Part shown: one piece after another, positions 20,601 through 29,431 of the stretch
Position numbering within the stretch: the stretch's first letter is position 1
How the letters are laid out: each line of letters begins with the position of its first letter
Assembly (NCBI GenBank): GCA_009928785.1
Contig: SABY01000001.1
Location: 91,184-155,183 of the forward strand
Length of the DNA stretch: 64,000 nucleotides
Origin: Clostridia bacterium
Lineage (GTDB): Bacteria; Bacteroidota; Bacteroidia; Bacteroidales; 4484-276
Direction: 5' to 3'
Notes under the pieces: generated by a model
What the model was told of the DNA's origin: nothing
What the model saw: the letters and a program-made list of their open reading frames with translations, nothing else
Database searches by the model: none
Made by a program: the position numbers and the translations under genes

Positions 20601-21913
20601 GCACTTTCCACTTTTACAAAATCGATACCTGCATCATAATTAAAGGGAGGCCCTTCGAGCAACGTCGATACTGTGTTGATGTCGCGCACCTGCGTTTGGT
20701 ATTGCAGTAGCAGGTTCACCAGATTGTTCGAGCGGTTCATGTCGGGGAAAAAGCTTGGGCCGGGAATGAGGTTGTCGGCATAAGGGTTGCGTTCGCCCAA
20801 ATCCTGAAAGGCAATGATGTTTCGGTTTTCGGTAACAGCAGCACCGATATTGGTCACCCATACCTCTATCTTGGTGATGTTCACATTGGATCGGATTACC
20901 GGCAGCTCGGTGAGGGCGCTGTCGTAGTTATTTACAAAATATTGCCCCAGCAGGAAGTGCTTATTCTCTTCGTATTGGTCGGCTTTGAGTGTAAATGCAT
21001 TGGTTTGCCCGCCACCCTGTACGGTAATGTTGCTGGTTTCGCTTTTTTGTTCGGAATAAACGGCTGTAACGGTAGCACGACCAAATTTGAGTTGAGTTTT
21101 GATGCCAAACAGCGCCTGGCTTCCGGTAATCAGCGTGCTGTTGAGCGGCAGGGTTACGTTGCCGGCTTCGATGAGTTGAATGATTTCGTCCTCTTTGCCT
21201 TCGTATTTCAGGTTGAGTTTATTTTCAAACTCAAAGGTAGCCTCGGTGTTGTAGTTGGTCTGAAACTCAATCTTGTCGCCGATCTTAGCCAGCACACTCA
21301 TCTGGATGTTTTGTTGGAAATCGAAGTTTACCACGTTGCGCTGGCGGACGTTGAGCGCGGGGTCGTCGCGGCTGTTGGCCAGGATGCCGAAGGTTAACTC
21401 GGCCGATCCCTGCGGGCGTATGTCGATGGTGTTGGAACCGAAGATGCGCTCGAAGGCCTCACCGCCGACATAAATCTGTGGTATGATGCCGTCGCCGCGG
21501 GCGTTGGCACCGGAGGCACCGGCACGTTCACGCCAGTAGTTGTCGATGGAACGATCCAGGTCGTATTTCATATAATCGTCGAGGGTCATGCTGTAAGGCG
21601 AACGATAGTCGAAATTACCCATTTTGCGCCGGATGATGTACTCGTTGGTTTCGGGATCGTATTCGGTTTGGGTGGTGATGTTGGAAGGCTCTTTGAGATA
21701 GAGTGGCGATTGTGCCGGCGCATCCGTAGCGTTGATGGTGTTATCGCGAAACGGATAAATAAGTTGGATGCTGTCGTCCGAAACGGTGCTGTCGGGCGGA
21801 GCCATTAGCAGCGGCCATCCGCCTATTCTTTTGACGGTGGAGTTGCCAAAGCCGGTAAAATAAAGGATTGTAAAAAGGGATAAGATCAGCAGATATGTTG
21901 TTTTCTTTCTCAA
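14669..21913 (-). CDS. sprA: T9SS outer-membrane translocon SprA/Sov
   Basis: 2414 aa with a signal peptide and the giant beta-barrel composition characteristic of SprA. Conserved position immediately downstream of ruvA. Confidence 0.95.
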   Translation of the reverse strand: MRKKTTYLLILSLFTILYFTGFGNSTVKRIGGWPLLMAPPDSTVSDDSIQLIYPFRDNTINATDAPAQSPLYLKEPSNITTQTEYDPETNEYIIRRKMGNFDYRSPYSMTLDDYMKYDLDRSIDNYWRERAGASGANARGDGIIPQIYVGGEAFERIFGSNTIDIRPQGSAELTFGILANSRDDPALNVRQRNVVNFDFQQNIQMSVLAKIGDKIEFQTNYNTEATFEFENKLNLKYEGKEDEIIQLIEAGNVTLPLNSTLITGSQALFGIKTQLKFGRATVTAVYSEQKSETSNITVQGGGQTNAFTLKADQYEENKHFLLGQYFVNNYDSALTELPVIRSNVNITKIEVWVTNIGAAVTENRNIIAFQDLGERNPYADNLIPGPSFFPDMNRSNNLVNLLLQYQTQVRDINTVSTLLEGPPFNYDAGIDFVKVESARKLSQNEFSFNSKLGFLSLNTTLNSDQMLAVAYQYNVIGDTTIYQVGEFSDEGINPPNNLVVKLLKSTTLNTRVPIWNLMMKNVYAIGAYQVQAEDFILNILYSGNDNGVPTSYLVEAGNASGIPLIRVLNFDNLDPQLNPPHDGIFDFINGAATNGGTIQASNGRIYFTMLQPFGNYLRAKIGNQEIADRYAYDSLYTLTKNGAQQYPEKNKFILDGFYKSSSGSEISLNAINVPQGSVKVTAGGVPLTENVDFTVDYTLGRVNIINEGVLNSGTPINISMESQSFFNIQTKRLMGTHIDYRVNEDFNIGGTILNLTERPLTQKVNYGDDPISNTIWGMDFAYQTKSRFITKMVDALPFIKTKKESRVTIDGEFAHFIPGHSKAIGRSGTSYIDDFEGSKSTIDLKQPQWWNLASTPQKQTESGLFPEAASGTGRMYGYNRAKLAWYIIDPLFYEQSGTQRPPNIDLNEVSNNLVRQVLETEVFPNKDVVNGVPTNIPVLNLAFYPNERGSYNYDVEGEGGISAGINADGTLKDPESRWGGIMREITSTDFEATNVEYIEFWMMDPFTSGQTSEGALYFNLGDISEDILRDSRKSYENGLPPTALVEYVDTTIWGRVPTLQALVPNFSNEAGARAFQDVGFDGLRDDDELSFFDPIYLQRIIALHGDNSQAFQRALTDPSNDNYHYFRGADYDEDPTYSSILERYKKYNGTEGNSPEQTGNTGGTSTIATNQPDVEDVNRDNTLSESERYFQYKVVLDSNTMQVGQNYITDVYDAKGIRLLNGQIGEVKWYQFKIPVRSPDKIVGGIQDFQSIRFMRMFMKGFDAPTVLRFATLELVRGDWRRYRYDLLSPGEYVPNDIQSETVFDILSVNTDENGSRQPIPYVMPPGIEQETNIGTTNLQRLNEQAMVLRVCNLLDGDARGAYKTTDFDFRQYGKIQMFVHAEKTIEDQELEYGDLTVFMRIGADLTENYYEYEIPLTFTPWYTSSTDVKAIWPEENSFNIDLKRLVDFKLQRNVEMRTPGSGVSLNMPYYGFDGPNKVTVLGSPSISDVKAIMIGVRNPKKTSATSNDDGESKCAEIWVNELRLTDFNDEGGLAATARVKTDLADLGNLTISGLYSTPGYGSIEKKTTERSQEFIKNFDISTNLELGKFFPEKFGLRIPMHFDYSESRITPKYNQLDPDIILKEDLKTYNPAARDSINAMNEDFIKRKNLNFINMRKDRVGATSKSHFYDVENLDFTFSYSETFARNIDISYDLKKIYQGGIGYNFNNNPKNYKPFGSMKLFSGKAFALIKDFNFYLMPKLFSVRTDMTREYGKRLLRNKSEYEVIIEPTYMKKWDWRRIYDLRWDLASSLRFDYKANVLAYIDELPGSLEKDDPDYDVKREQIREQLLDLGTKNTYTHNLNVTYTLPINKIPLLDWLTATTRYQTNYKWQASPISLQERLGNQIENANTIQLSGNASLDKLYNKLPFLAKVNQGGGAQRNQRAAPRQPDQKPLSVEPDTTKPKKDYFKIIGNGFLKILMSFKRASLSYTEGNGIYMPGFIPEPSLIGNNWDLNAPGLGFVFGSQADIRGEAVRNGWLTTDTLLNSAYVTKYNNQLNFKGTIEPFQDFKIELSADRTYSLSHQEYFKSDANGDFSSFSPVEQGSFSMSFLSWNTAWTKDNDKDQNPNFIQLKDNRQEIASRLATENPNYNGQTFIDSITGQVYPVGYGPTQQDVLLYSFLAAYSGKSASGYDLNPMPEIPMLNWRITYNGLSRVEPFKKFLRNLTITHGYRSNYSINSFQSVIDYREVDGFPAAKYRSNDNYIPEYQFAQVSIIEQFNPLIAFDMTWINSLMTKFEIKKSRNLSMSFVNNQLTEVNTQEFVIGLGYRFKDVKFAIRNMGTSGGRQNVKSDLNVRADFSIRNNKTILRRIDEDINQISSGQQVISINTSADYMVNQRLNIRLFFDKVINNPYVSSQYRNSTTNGGISLRFTLAQ

Positions 21914-22082
21914 AAAAAAGCCTTTTAAACTGGTTTTTGCTAATGGGTCAACTCACGCGTTAATAGCGGTTCGGAATTCCTGCTGACGGAGCGTTCCTCC
22001 CCTGGCGTACGCAATGCTGCTGTGTAGGCTGAAAAGATTTGTCCCCGATTCATTTTGGCTGATTTCCGATGCCCGGTAATTA

Positions 22083-22679
22083 TCACAAAATTTTTAACGC
22101 CTCCTTTATCAGTAGCTCTACCGACAGGTCGGGATTTTTGCTTAGCAATTTCTCCAAAGCCTTTACAGCCGCCGCTTTGCTAAACCCCAGCGTAGTAAGT
22201 CCAATTAACGCCTCATCCTTACGGGTATTGTGCGCCGTTCCTAAAAATTCAACTGCTGTAGTTTCTTTACCAATTTTATCCTGTAAGTCCACGATGATAC
22301 GTTGTGCCGTTTTGTTGCCTATACCTTTCACGGCGCGCAGCATCGAAAGGTCGCCCTGCGAAATGGCTGTGATGATTTTGTCGGGCGAAAGCGACGAAAG
22401 CATCAGCAACGCTGTATTGTTGCCCACTCCCGACACCGATATCAGCAGCCTGAACAACTGTCGCTCCTCTTGCTGGAAAAACCCATACAGCACCATGCCC
22501 ACCGGTGTGGTGGCTTCGATACGAAAAGCCTGATGCGCATACAATCGTACCCGATCCAGGTCTTTTACATTCGAAAATGTTTGCAGCGAAATATGCATCA
22601 GGTAGCCCATGCCGCCATTGTCGATGACAACAAAAGCCGGGTTTTTTTCGATAAGCCTGCCCTCAATAAATTCTATCAT
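22083..22679 (-). CDS. ruvA: Holliday junction branch migration complex subunit RuvA
   Basis: MIEFIEGRL... N-terminus and HhH motifs (LISVSGVGNNTAL, LRAVKGIGNKTAQRI). The start is taken at the internal M11 of the ORF track. Confidence 0.9.
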   Translation of the reverse strand: MIEFIEGRLIEKNPAFVVIDNGGMGYLMHISLQTFSNVKDLDRVRLYAHQAFRIEATTPVGMVLYGFFQQEERQLFRLLISVSGVGNNTALLMLSSLSPDKIITAISQGDLSMLRAVKGIGNKTAQRIIVDLQDKIGKETTAVEFLGTAHNTRKDEALIGLTTLGFSKAAAVKALEKLLSKNPDLSVELLIKEALKIL

Positions 22680-22740
22680 AAACCTGTGATGTTTTTTTGT
22701 AAGGTGCAAATGTAATATTTAAAAATCCCAAGATTTAAAA

Positions 22741-23079
22741 TTAGAGATTAGAGACTAGAGATTAGAAGTTAGAAGTTAGAGGTTAGAAATTAGAACTTCC
22801 AACTGAGAACTGCCAACTGAGGACTGAGAACTGCGAACTGAGAGCTGCGAACTGAGAGCTGAGGACTGAGAACTGCGAACTGAGAGCTGAGGACTGAGGA
22901 CTGCGAACTGAGAGCTGAGGACTGAGAACTGCCAACTGAGGACTGAGAACTGCCGGCTGAGAACTGCCAACTGAGGACTGAGAACTGCCCACTGAGGACT
23001 GAGAACTACCGGCTGAGAACCGCCAACTGAGGACTGCCAACTGAGAACTGCCAACTGAGGACTGCCATCTGCGAACTGC
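22741..23079. repeat. About 48 tandem heptamers: ttagaNN family (22741-22796) grading into the RCTGNNR family (actgaga/actgagg/actgcga/actgcca)
   Basis: Strict 7-bp register. The array ends exactly at the stop codon (23080-23082) of the methyltransferase gene. Confidence 0.95.
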
Positions 23080-23733
23080 CTACTTTTTCCTCACTATCAT
23101 TAGCCCGTCGCGTATCGGGACAATCATATTTTCTACGCGCTCGTCCTGTAGCACAAATTCGTTGAAACGGAGAATGCCTTTGGTTTCTTCATCTGCATGG
23201 GTGGCATCCAGCACTTTGCCATACCACAGCACATTGTCGGCAAGCACTACTGCGCCCTGTGGCAGCTCGCCGATGAGCATCTGGTAATACGTCAGATAGT
23301 TTTCTTTGTCGGCATCTATAAAAACCAGATCAAAAGATTTATCAATCTTTTTCAAAATTTCGGTGGCATTGCCGATATGTGTCACGATTTTGTCCTGCAG
23401 TCCGGCAGCATCAAAATAAGGTCTTCCAATCTCCACCATCTCTGCGTTGCTGTCGATGGTGTGAATTTTTCCGCCATCGGCCAGCCCCATTGCCAGGTTG
23501 ATGGTGCCATATCCGGTAAAGGTTCCGATTTCAAGAATCCTTTTGGGGTGCAGCATCTGGCTGATCATCCGCAGGAACTGCCCTTGCAAATGCCCCGACA
23601 GCATATTGGGATACATGCTCTTGAGGGAGGTTTCGCGGTAAAGCCGGTGTAGCAGCTCGCTTTCGGGAGTGGAGTGGGCGGCGGCATAATCTTCAAGCGC
23701 CGGATCGGTAGTTTTGTAGGTTTGTTGTGGCAT
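23080..23733 (-). CDS. Class I SAM-dependent O-methyltransferase (caffeoyl-CoA OMT / YrrM-like)
   Basis: 217 aa with ILEIGTFTGYG (SAM motif I), FDLVFIDADKENY and VLADNVLW. Confidence 0.85.
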   Translation of the reverse strand: MPQQTYKTTDPALEDYAAAHSTPESELLHRLYRETSLKSMYPNMLSGHLQGQFLRMISQMLHPKRILEIGTFTGYGTINLAMGLADGGKIHTIDSNAEMVEIGRPYFDAAGLQDKIVTHIGNATEILKKIDKSFDLVFIDADKENYLTYYQMLIGELPQGAVVLADNVLWYGKVLDATHADEETKGILRFNEFVLQDERVENMIVPIRDGLMIVRKK

Positions 23734-23781
23734 ATTGTTTTTTGTATTAATAATAAGGAGTGTTCGATTTGTAAAGTCGCT

Positions 23782-24684
23782 TTATTTTTTTGGATTTCCA
23801 AGTCCTTGTTCGGGTGGATCAAATTTGGGAGCCTGGCGGGTGTCGGTGCGGGCGTCGATGTCTTCGAAGAGTACCCATTGGCCGGCAATGCTTACCAGGG
23901 CATCAAAAATATCGTATCGCGGCACAGCTCCGCGAAACATTTGGCCAAGCTGCGCATTGTTGCCGCCCAGGCGGTTGAAGACGATCATCTGGTCGCGGCG
24001 CCGTTTTTCGCCAGGCAGCAGTTGCAGCTCATAAGCCAGATGAAAAGGCACCTGACTAGTAAAAGTAAATATGACGCGTTGTTGCTGCGCGCCATTTTTC
24101 ATCACAAACACCGGCAGCCCAAATTGTGGCGTTCCGGCACTATCGAACCACAGTGCTTCTATCACTCTGCCCGCCAGCCCTTCGGTTTCGCCACGCCAGC
24201 CCGTCAGGGTGTAAAAAGGATTTTCTTTCGTGCTGCGGCCGATGACTTTGCGGTACACCGCTCCCGGCCACTGTGTGAAGCTATAAGTGCTGTCGGCAGA
24301 AGCCTGCCGGAGTATTGGCTGTAGCCGAAAAATAGTATCTTTTTCCTGCGCACCAGCTTTTTTTATCATACCGCTGTAGTGCCATCTGTGGTCGCTGAGC
24401 GGCATTACCCATGTAAGCAGGTCAAAGCTGTCGTCGTCGGGCACAAGATATTTTATAAAAGGAAGACTGTCGATGGAAAAGGCAGGAAAAAAGGAAGTGG
24501 ATAAAAAGTCGGCTACCAACTGTTCGAGTTCCTGATTGGCCTGCAGTTTCACGCTGTCGGCGGTATCGGCATAAATTATCTGTGACAGCTCACGCGCTTT
24601 GTCAACGAATAACGTATCGAATGTTTGTGCCGGCAGCAGCAGCGGAACAAATAGAAACAACAAGGCAGCAACGCGTGGTTTCAT
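23782..24684 (-). CDS. Hypothetical secreted protein
   Basis: Signal peptide MKPRVAALLFLFVPLLLPAQ when started at the internal Met; no recognisable domain. Sits directly downstream of pyrH. Confidence 0.55.
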   Translation of the reverse strand: MKPRVAALLFLFVPLLLPAQTFDTLFVDKARELSQIIYADTADSVKLQANQELEQLVADFLSTSFFPAFSIDSLPFIKYLVPDDDSFDLLTWVMPLSDHRWHYSGMIKKAGAQEKDTIFRLQPILRQASADSTYSFTQWPGAVYRKVIGRSTKENPFYTLTGWRGETEGLAGRVIEALWFDSAGTPQFGLPVFVMKNGAQQQRVIFTFTSQVPFHLAYELQLLPGEKRRRDQMIVFNRLGGNNAQLGQMFRGAVPRYDIFDALVSIAGQWVLFEDIDARTDTRQAPKFDPPEQGLGNPKK

Positions 24685-24688
24685 TGGC

Positions 24689-25399
24689 TTATCCGTTGTC
24701 CACAATCGTTCCGATGCCCGGATCGTTGAGCACCCTTAGCAGGTTGCCGGGCGTATTCATATCAAAAACCAAAATGGGCATATTGTTTTCGCGGCAAAGC
24801 GTAAAAGCGGTGAGATCCATGATTTTCAATTGTTTTTCGTAAGCCTCTGCAAAAGTCAGCGACTGGTATTTTGTGGCGTCGGGATGTTTTTCGGGATCGG
24901 CAGTATAGATGCCGTCCACGCGGGTTCCTTTCAGTATTGCGTCGGCTTTCATTTCGATGGCGCGCAATGCCGAAGCGGAATCGGTGGTGAAAAAGGGATT
25001 GCCGGTGCCACCACTGATAAGTACCACATAGCCAGATTCAAGATATTCGCCAACGCGCTGTCCGCTGGTTTCTTCCACGATAGGCTCGATGGCCAGGCCG
25101 CCTGTGAGCCGGCATTTGATACCAACATTTTGGAGTGCTCCCTGCAGCGCCAGGCTATTAATCACCGTGGCAAGCATGCCCATGTAGTCGCCCTGCACCC
25201 TGTCCATTCCTTCGGTGGCGCCCTGCACGCCACGATGTATGTTGCCGCCACCAATCACGATAGCGATTTGTACCCCTGTGTTTGCCGCCGCTTTTATGTC
25301 GTTGGCGTAAGCTGCCAGTCGCCGAGGGTCGATGCCATATTGCCGCTCGCCCATCAGCGCTTCGCCGCTAAGTTTCAGAAGTATCCGTTTGTATTTCAT
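24689..25399 (-). CDS. pyrH: UMP kinase
   Basis: YKRILLKLSGEAL, IVIGGGNIHRG and GTGNPFFTTDSASALRA. Confidence 0.95.
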   Translation of the reverse strand: MKYKRILLKLSGEALMGERQYGIDPRRLAAYANDIKAAANTGVQIAIVIGGGNIHRGVQGATEGMDRVQGDYMGMLATVINSLALQGALQNVGIKCRLTGGLAIEPIVEETSGQRVGEYLESGYVVLISGGTGNPFFTTDSASALRAIEMKADAILKGTRVDGIYTADPEKHPDATKYQSLTFAEAYEKQLKIMDLTAFTLCRENNMPILVFDMNTPGNLLRVLNDPGIGTIVDNG

Positions 25400-25513
25400 G
25401 CTCCGATTCCTTATTAAAATGATATTACAACAAAAAACGATTTTATTTTTAAAAGTAACAACAGCAAAAGAAAGGCTCTTGCTGCTGCTATGTATCTTTA
25501 GGAAACCGAATTT

Positions 25514-25849
25514 CTAATGATCGCAAAGATTAACGCCTGCCACCAGCGTATCGTTCAGCAGGTCGTTCACCAGTTCGCGTGGGTCTTTGGGAGCTACGCC
25601 CACATAAACGTTAATCTTGTTGTCGTTCAGTATTTGGATGGCGCGTTGCCCGATGCCGCCGGCAATTACATCGGTAACGCCCTGTTGGTGCAGCCATTGC
25701 GGTATGATGCCTGGCTCGTGTGGCGGAGGTACCAGTTGTTCTTCGTTCACAATTTTGTGCTCATCGGTAGTAAAAACTTCGAAAACATCGCTGTGTCCAA
25801 AATGGCCGCACAGTACATTGTCTTTTAATGGAATTGCAATCTTCTTCAT
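25514..25849 (-). CDS. NifB/NifX-family (dinitrogenase Fe-Mo cofactor binding domain) small protein
   Basis: 111 aa with HFGHSDVFEVF and VTDVIAGGIGQRAIQIL, typical of this domain. Confidence 0.75.
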   Translation of the reverse strand: MKKIAIPLKDNVLCGHFGHSDVFEVFTTDEHKIVNEEQLVPPPHEPGIIPQWLHQQGVTDVIAGGIGQRAIQILNDNKINVYVGVAPKDPRELVNDLLNDTLVAGVNLCDH

Positions 25850-26087
25850 TTTTATAATTGTATTAATGATTTTTTAAAAAGCTATTTTAGAAACAAAAAG
25901 TTTTGCTGATGGCCGCAAAAATAGCGATCATTTTCCATCAGGATTCTTTTGGACAGCTAAAATGATTGCAACGCAAACATTACCATTTTTTACATCTTGT
26001 AGCATTTGACAACAGATTGCGTCGTTTGGTTAACAAAAATGTCAATCTTTGTAAATATTTAGCAAATGGATTTTAACTTTTAAGAGT

Positions 26088-29000
26088 ATGACAAAAAACA
26101 TGTTTTTGATTTTGTTGGTGATGATTCTCACATCAGCAGCTACCACGGCACAAATCGAAGATGCCAGATTGATGCGATTTCCGGCCACTCACGGCAATCA
26201 GGTAGTTTTTAGCTACGCCGGCGATTTATACACTGTCGATGTGCAAGGGGGCGTTGCCCGCCGGCTTACCAACGACGAAGGATTGGAGTTGTTCCCGCGC
26301 TTTTCGCCCGACGGCAAAACCATTGCCTTTACCGGCCAATACGACGGCAACACCGAGGTTTATACCATTCCCGCCGAAGGTGGCGAGCCAAAACGCATCA
26401 CCTACACTGCTACGCTGGGGCGCGATGACGTCTCGGATCGTATGGGCCCCAACAACATCGTGATGACCTGGCGCGACAACAATACCATCGTTTATCGTTC
26501 GCGCAAGAAATCTTTCAACGATTTCGTAGGCCAGCTTTTTGAGGTTTCTGCCGATGGCGGACTTTCTGTTCAGCTTCCCTTGCCGGCAGGAGGTTTTTGC
26601 AACTTTTCGCCCGATGGCAAAAAAATGGCCTACAACCAGGTGTTCCGTGAGTTCAGAACCTGGAAATATTATCGGGGCGGCATGGCCGACGATGTGTGGA
26701 TTTATGATTTTGATACTAAAACCACCACCAACATAACCAACAATGAGGCGCAGGATATCTTCCCGATGTGGCACGGCGATGTGATCTATTTTTGCTCCGA
26801 CCGCGACCGCATCATGAACCTTTTTGCCTACAACATAGCCACCGGACAAACTACCAAAGTTACCAACTACGACAAGTACGATATAAAATTCCCTTCGTTG
26901 GGCAACAATGCCATTGTTTATGAAAATGGCGGATACCTCTATCGTTTTGATTTTAATACCCAAACCACTGGCAAAATAGAGGTGCAACTGATGAACGACT
27001 TTGGCAACAGCCGTCCGCAATGGAAAAATGCCGGCAAAGGTATCTCTTCAGGCTCTCCCTCTCCCGACGGCAAGCGGGTGGCTTTGGCCAGCCGCGGCGA
27101 CATTTTTTCGCTTCCCGCCAAAAACGGCATTACCTACAATCTTACCAACAGCAATGGCGCGCACGATCGGTCAGTGGAATGGTCGCCAGATGGTAAGTGG
27201 ATTTCCTTTATCAGCGATAGGAGCGGTGACGACGAAATTTATATCCAAAAACATGATGGCTCAGAGCCTCCCGTGCAGCTTACCAACAATGCCGACACCT
27301 ACAAGTTTGGCTTCTCCTGGTCGCCCGACAGCAAGAAGATCGCCTGGTCTGACCAGCTAAAACGCCTGCAAATTATCGACATCGATACCAAAAAAGTGAC
27401 TTTGGTCGAGCAGATCAACGACGGCGAATTTCATTCTTTTGCCTGGGCACCCGACAGCAAATGGCTGGCCTATGTGCGCCCAAGTTTTGCACAAGTCGAT
27501 CGTATTTTTGTTTACAATCTCGCCGATGCCTCCTCCAAACCTGTTACCGACGAGTGGTTCGATTCCGGCGATGCCTCCTTTAGCCCCGACGGCAAATATC
27601 TCTACTTCTCCTCTGCACGCTCATTCAATCCCACCTATAGCTGGACGGAGTGGAACCACGCTTATCAGGACATGTCGAAATTGTATCTGATGACACTGGC
27701 CAAAGATACGCCATCGCCTTTTGAGCCTGAAAATGATGTGGTGGAAGTGAAAGATGAAAATGCCACCGCTCCCGACAACAAAGAGAAAGAAGGCGGCAAA
27801 GACAAAAAAGAAGAGAGCAAAGCAAGCCCGGATGTAAAAATAGATTTCGATGGAATTTCTGACCGTGTGGCCGAGATTACCTCCGATGCCGGCGCATACT
27901 GGAACATCACTGCTGTAGATGGCGGCGTGTACTACTCACAATATAAATCCGGCGGCGATGGCGCCACACTCTATTATTTTGATTTGAAAGATAAAAAGGA
28001 AAATGAGCTGGGGAAAAATATTAATTACGGCCTTACGGCAAATGGCAAAAAGATGCTTGTCTTTGAAAGTGGAAAGCTTGCCGTGATCGATGCTCCCAAA
28101 TCCAAAATCAAAATTGACGACTACATCGATGTATCGAATATGAAAATTTGGGTGGACCCCAAAGTAGAATGGCAACAGATATTTGATGAATCGTGGCGCC
28201 AGATGCGCGATTTCTTCTATGATCCGGGCATGCACGGCTTGGACTGGGATCAGGTGTACCAAAAATACAATCCGCTGGTTCCTTACGTCAACAATCGATA
28301 TGATCTCAATTACGTCATCGGCGAAATGATTGGCGAACTCAACGTGGGTCATGCCTACGTTAGTGGTGGCGACCGCATTGAAGCCGATCGTATTAAAACA
28401 GGATTGCTTGGCGCCGAACTCAGCCGCGATGAGTCAGGGTACTATCGCATCGACAAAATTTTGCCAGGCGAAAACTGGAACAAATCCGTACGCTCACCGC
28501 TCACCGAGATCGGCGTCAACATTAACGAAGGCGATTACATTATCGCTGTCAATGGTAAAAATACCACCCAAATGGCCGACATCTACCAGGCACTCGTGGG
28601 CACTGCTGATCAAACAGTGGAACTCACCATCAGCAAGTCGCCATCGGATGCCGACACGCACCGCGAACTTGTGAAACCCATCGCCGACGAAAGTCAACTT
28701 TATTATTACCAGTGGGTACGCGACAACATCCGCAAAGTAAACGAAGCCACCGACGGACAGGTAGGTTACCTGCACATCCCCGACATGGGACCTGAAGGCC
28801 TCAATGAGTTTGTAAAATATTTCTACCCGCAAGTGCGCAAAAAAGCGCTCATCATCGACGACCGCGGCAATGGTGGCGGCAACGTTTCGCCAATGATCAT
28901 CGAGCGCCTGCGCCGCGAGCTTTCTATGATGGCCATGGGCCGCAATACCATTGGTGAGCCAAAACCCGATGCCATGATGCACGGCCCCATGGTTTTGCTC

Positions 29001-29363
29001 ATCAACCAATATTCGGCTTCCGACGGCGACCTGTTCCCGTACCAGTTTCGCAAACATAACCTGGGCAAACTTATCGGCACCCGCACCTGGGGTGGGGTAG
29101 TGGGCATTCGTGGCAGCCTGCCTTTCATCGACGGTGCCGACCTGCGCAAACCCGAATATGCACATTACGATGCCGAAGGAAAAAACTTTATCATCGAAGG
29201 ACATGGAGTGGATCCCGACATTGAAGTACGCAACGATCCTGCAAAAGAATTTGAGGGTATCGACCAGCAGCTCAACAAGGCCATCGAGGTAATCCTCGAA
29301 GAGATGCGCAACAACCCGCAGCAGTATCCCGACGTGCCTCCGTTCCCGGATAAGACCCGCTAA
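26088..29363 (+). CDS. Tricorn-protease-like S41 peptidase (beta-propellers + PDZ + S41 core)
   Basis: 1091 aa with a signal peptide. Contains repeated SPDGK WD40-like/TolB-like blades, GELNVGHAY, and a serine nucleophile region LINQYSASDGD. Confidence 0.9.
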   Translation: MTKNMFLILLVMILTSAATTAQIEDARLMRFPATHGNQVVFSYAGDLYTVDVQGGVARRLTNDEGLELFPRFSPDGKTIAFTGQYDGNTEVYTIPAEGGEPKRITYTATLGRDDVSDRMGPNNIVMTWRDNNTIVYRSRKKSFNDFVGQLFEVSADGGLSVQLPLPAGGFCNFSPDGKKMAYNQVFREFRTWKYYRGGMADDVWIYDFDTKTTTNITNNEAQDIFPMWHGDVIYFCSDRDRIMNLFAYNIATGQTTKVTNYDKYDIKFPSLGNNAIVYENGGYLYRFDFNTQTTGKIEVQLMNDFGNSRPQWKNAGKGISSGSPSPDGKRVALASRGDIFSLPAKNGITYNLTNSNGAHDRSVEWSPDGKWISFISDRSGDDEIYIQKHDGSEPPVQLTNNADTYKFGFSWSPDSKKIAWSDQLKRLQIIDIDTKKVTLVEQINDGEFHSFAWAPDSKWLAYVRPSFAQVDRIFVYNLADASSKPVTDEWFDSGDASFSPDGKYLYFSSARSFNPTYSWTEWNHAYQDMSKLYLMTLAKDTPSPFEPENDVVEVKDENATAPDNKEKEGGKDKKEESKASPDVKIDFDGISDRVAEITSDAGAYWNITAVDGGVYYSQYKSGGDGATLYYFDLKDKKENELGKNINYGLTANGKKMLVFESGKLAVIDAPKSKIKIDDYIDVSNMKIWVDPKVEWQQIFDESWRQMRDFFYDPGMHGLDWDQVYQKYNPLVPYVNNRYDLNYVIGEMIGELNVGHAYVSGGDRIEADRIKTGLLGAELSRDESGYYRIDKILPGENWNKSVRSPLTEIGVNINEGDYIIAVNGKNTTQMADIYQALVGTADQTVELTISKSPSDADTHRELVKPIADESQLYYYQWVRDNIRKVNEATDGQVGYLHIPDMGPEGLNEFVKYFYPQVRKKALIIDDRGNGGGNVSPMIIERLRRELSMMAMGRNTIGEPKPDAMMHGPMVLLINQYSASDGDLFPYQFRKHNLGKLIGTRTWGGVVGIRGSLPFIDGADLRKPEYAHYDAEGKNFIIEGHGVDPDIEVRNDPAKEFEGIDQQLNKAIEVILEEMRNNPQQYPDVPPFPDKTR

Positions 29364-29431
29364 TCGGTCGTAGTATTTTTTAATCTAACCCTGACAGGGT
29401 TCTGGCGCTTTCCGCACCGCGTGGAGATTTC

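Noticed and set aside
22776-23054. Two overlapping minus-strand ORFs (92 and 85 aa) of LSxQ repeats
   Set aside because: Same artefact inside the 339-bp heptamer array. The same applies to 37532-37789 and 44502-44756 over the ttccaaa arrays.
27556-27566. ggttcgattcc, a tRNA T-arm-like motif
   Set aside because: It lies in frame inside the tricorn-like protease gene (…DEWFDSGD…). No acceptor or anticodon stems can be built around it.
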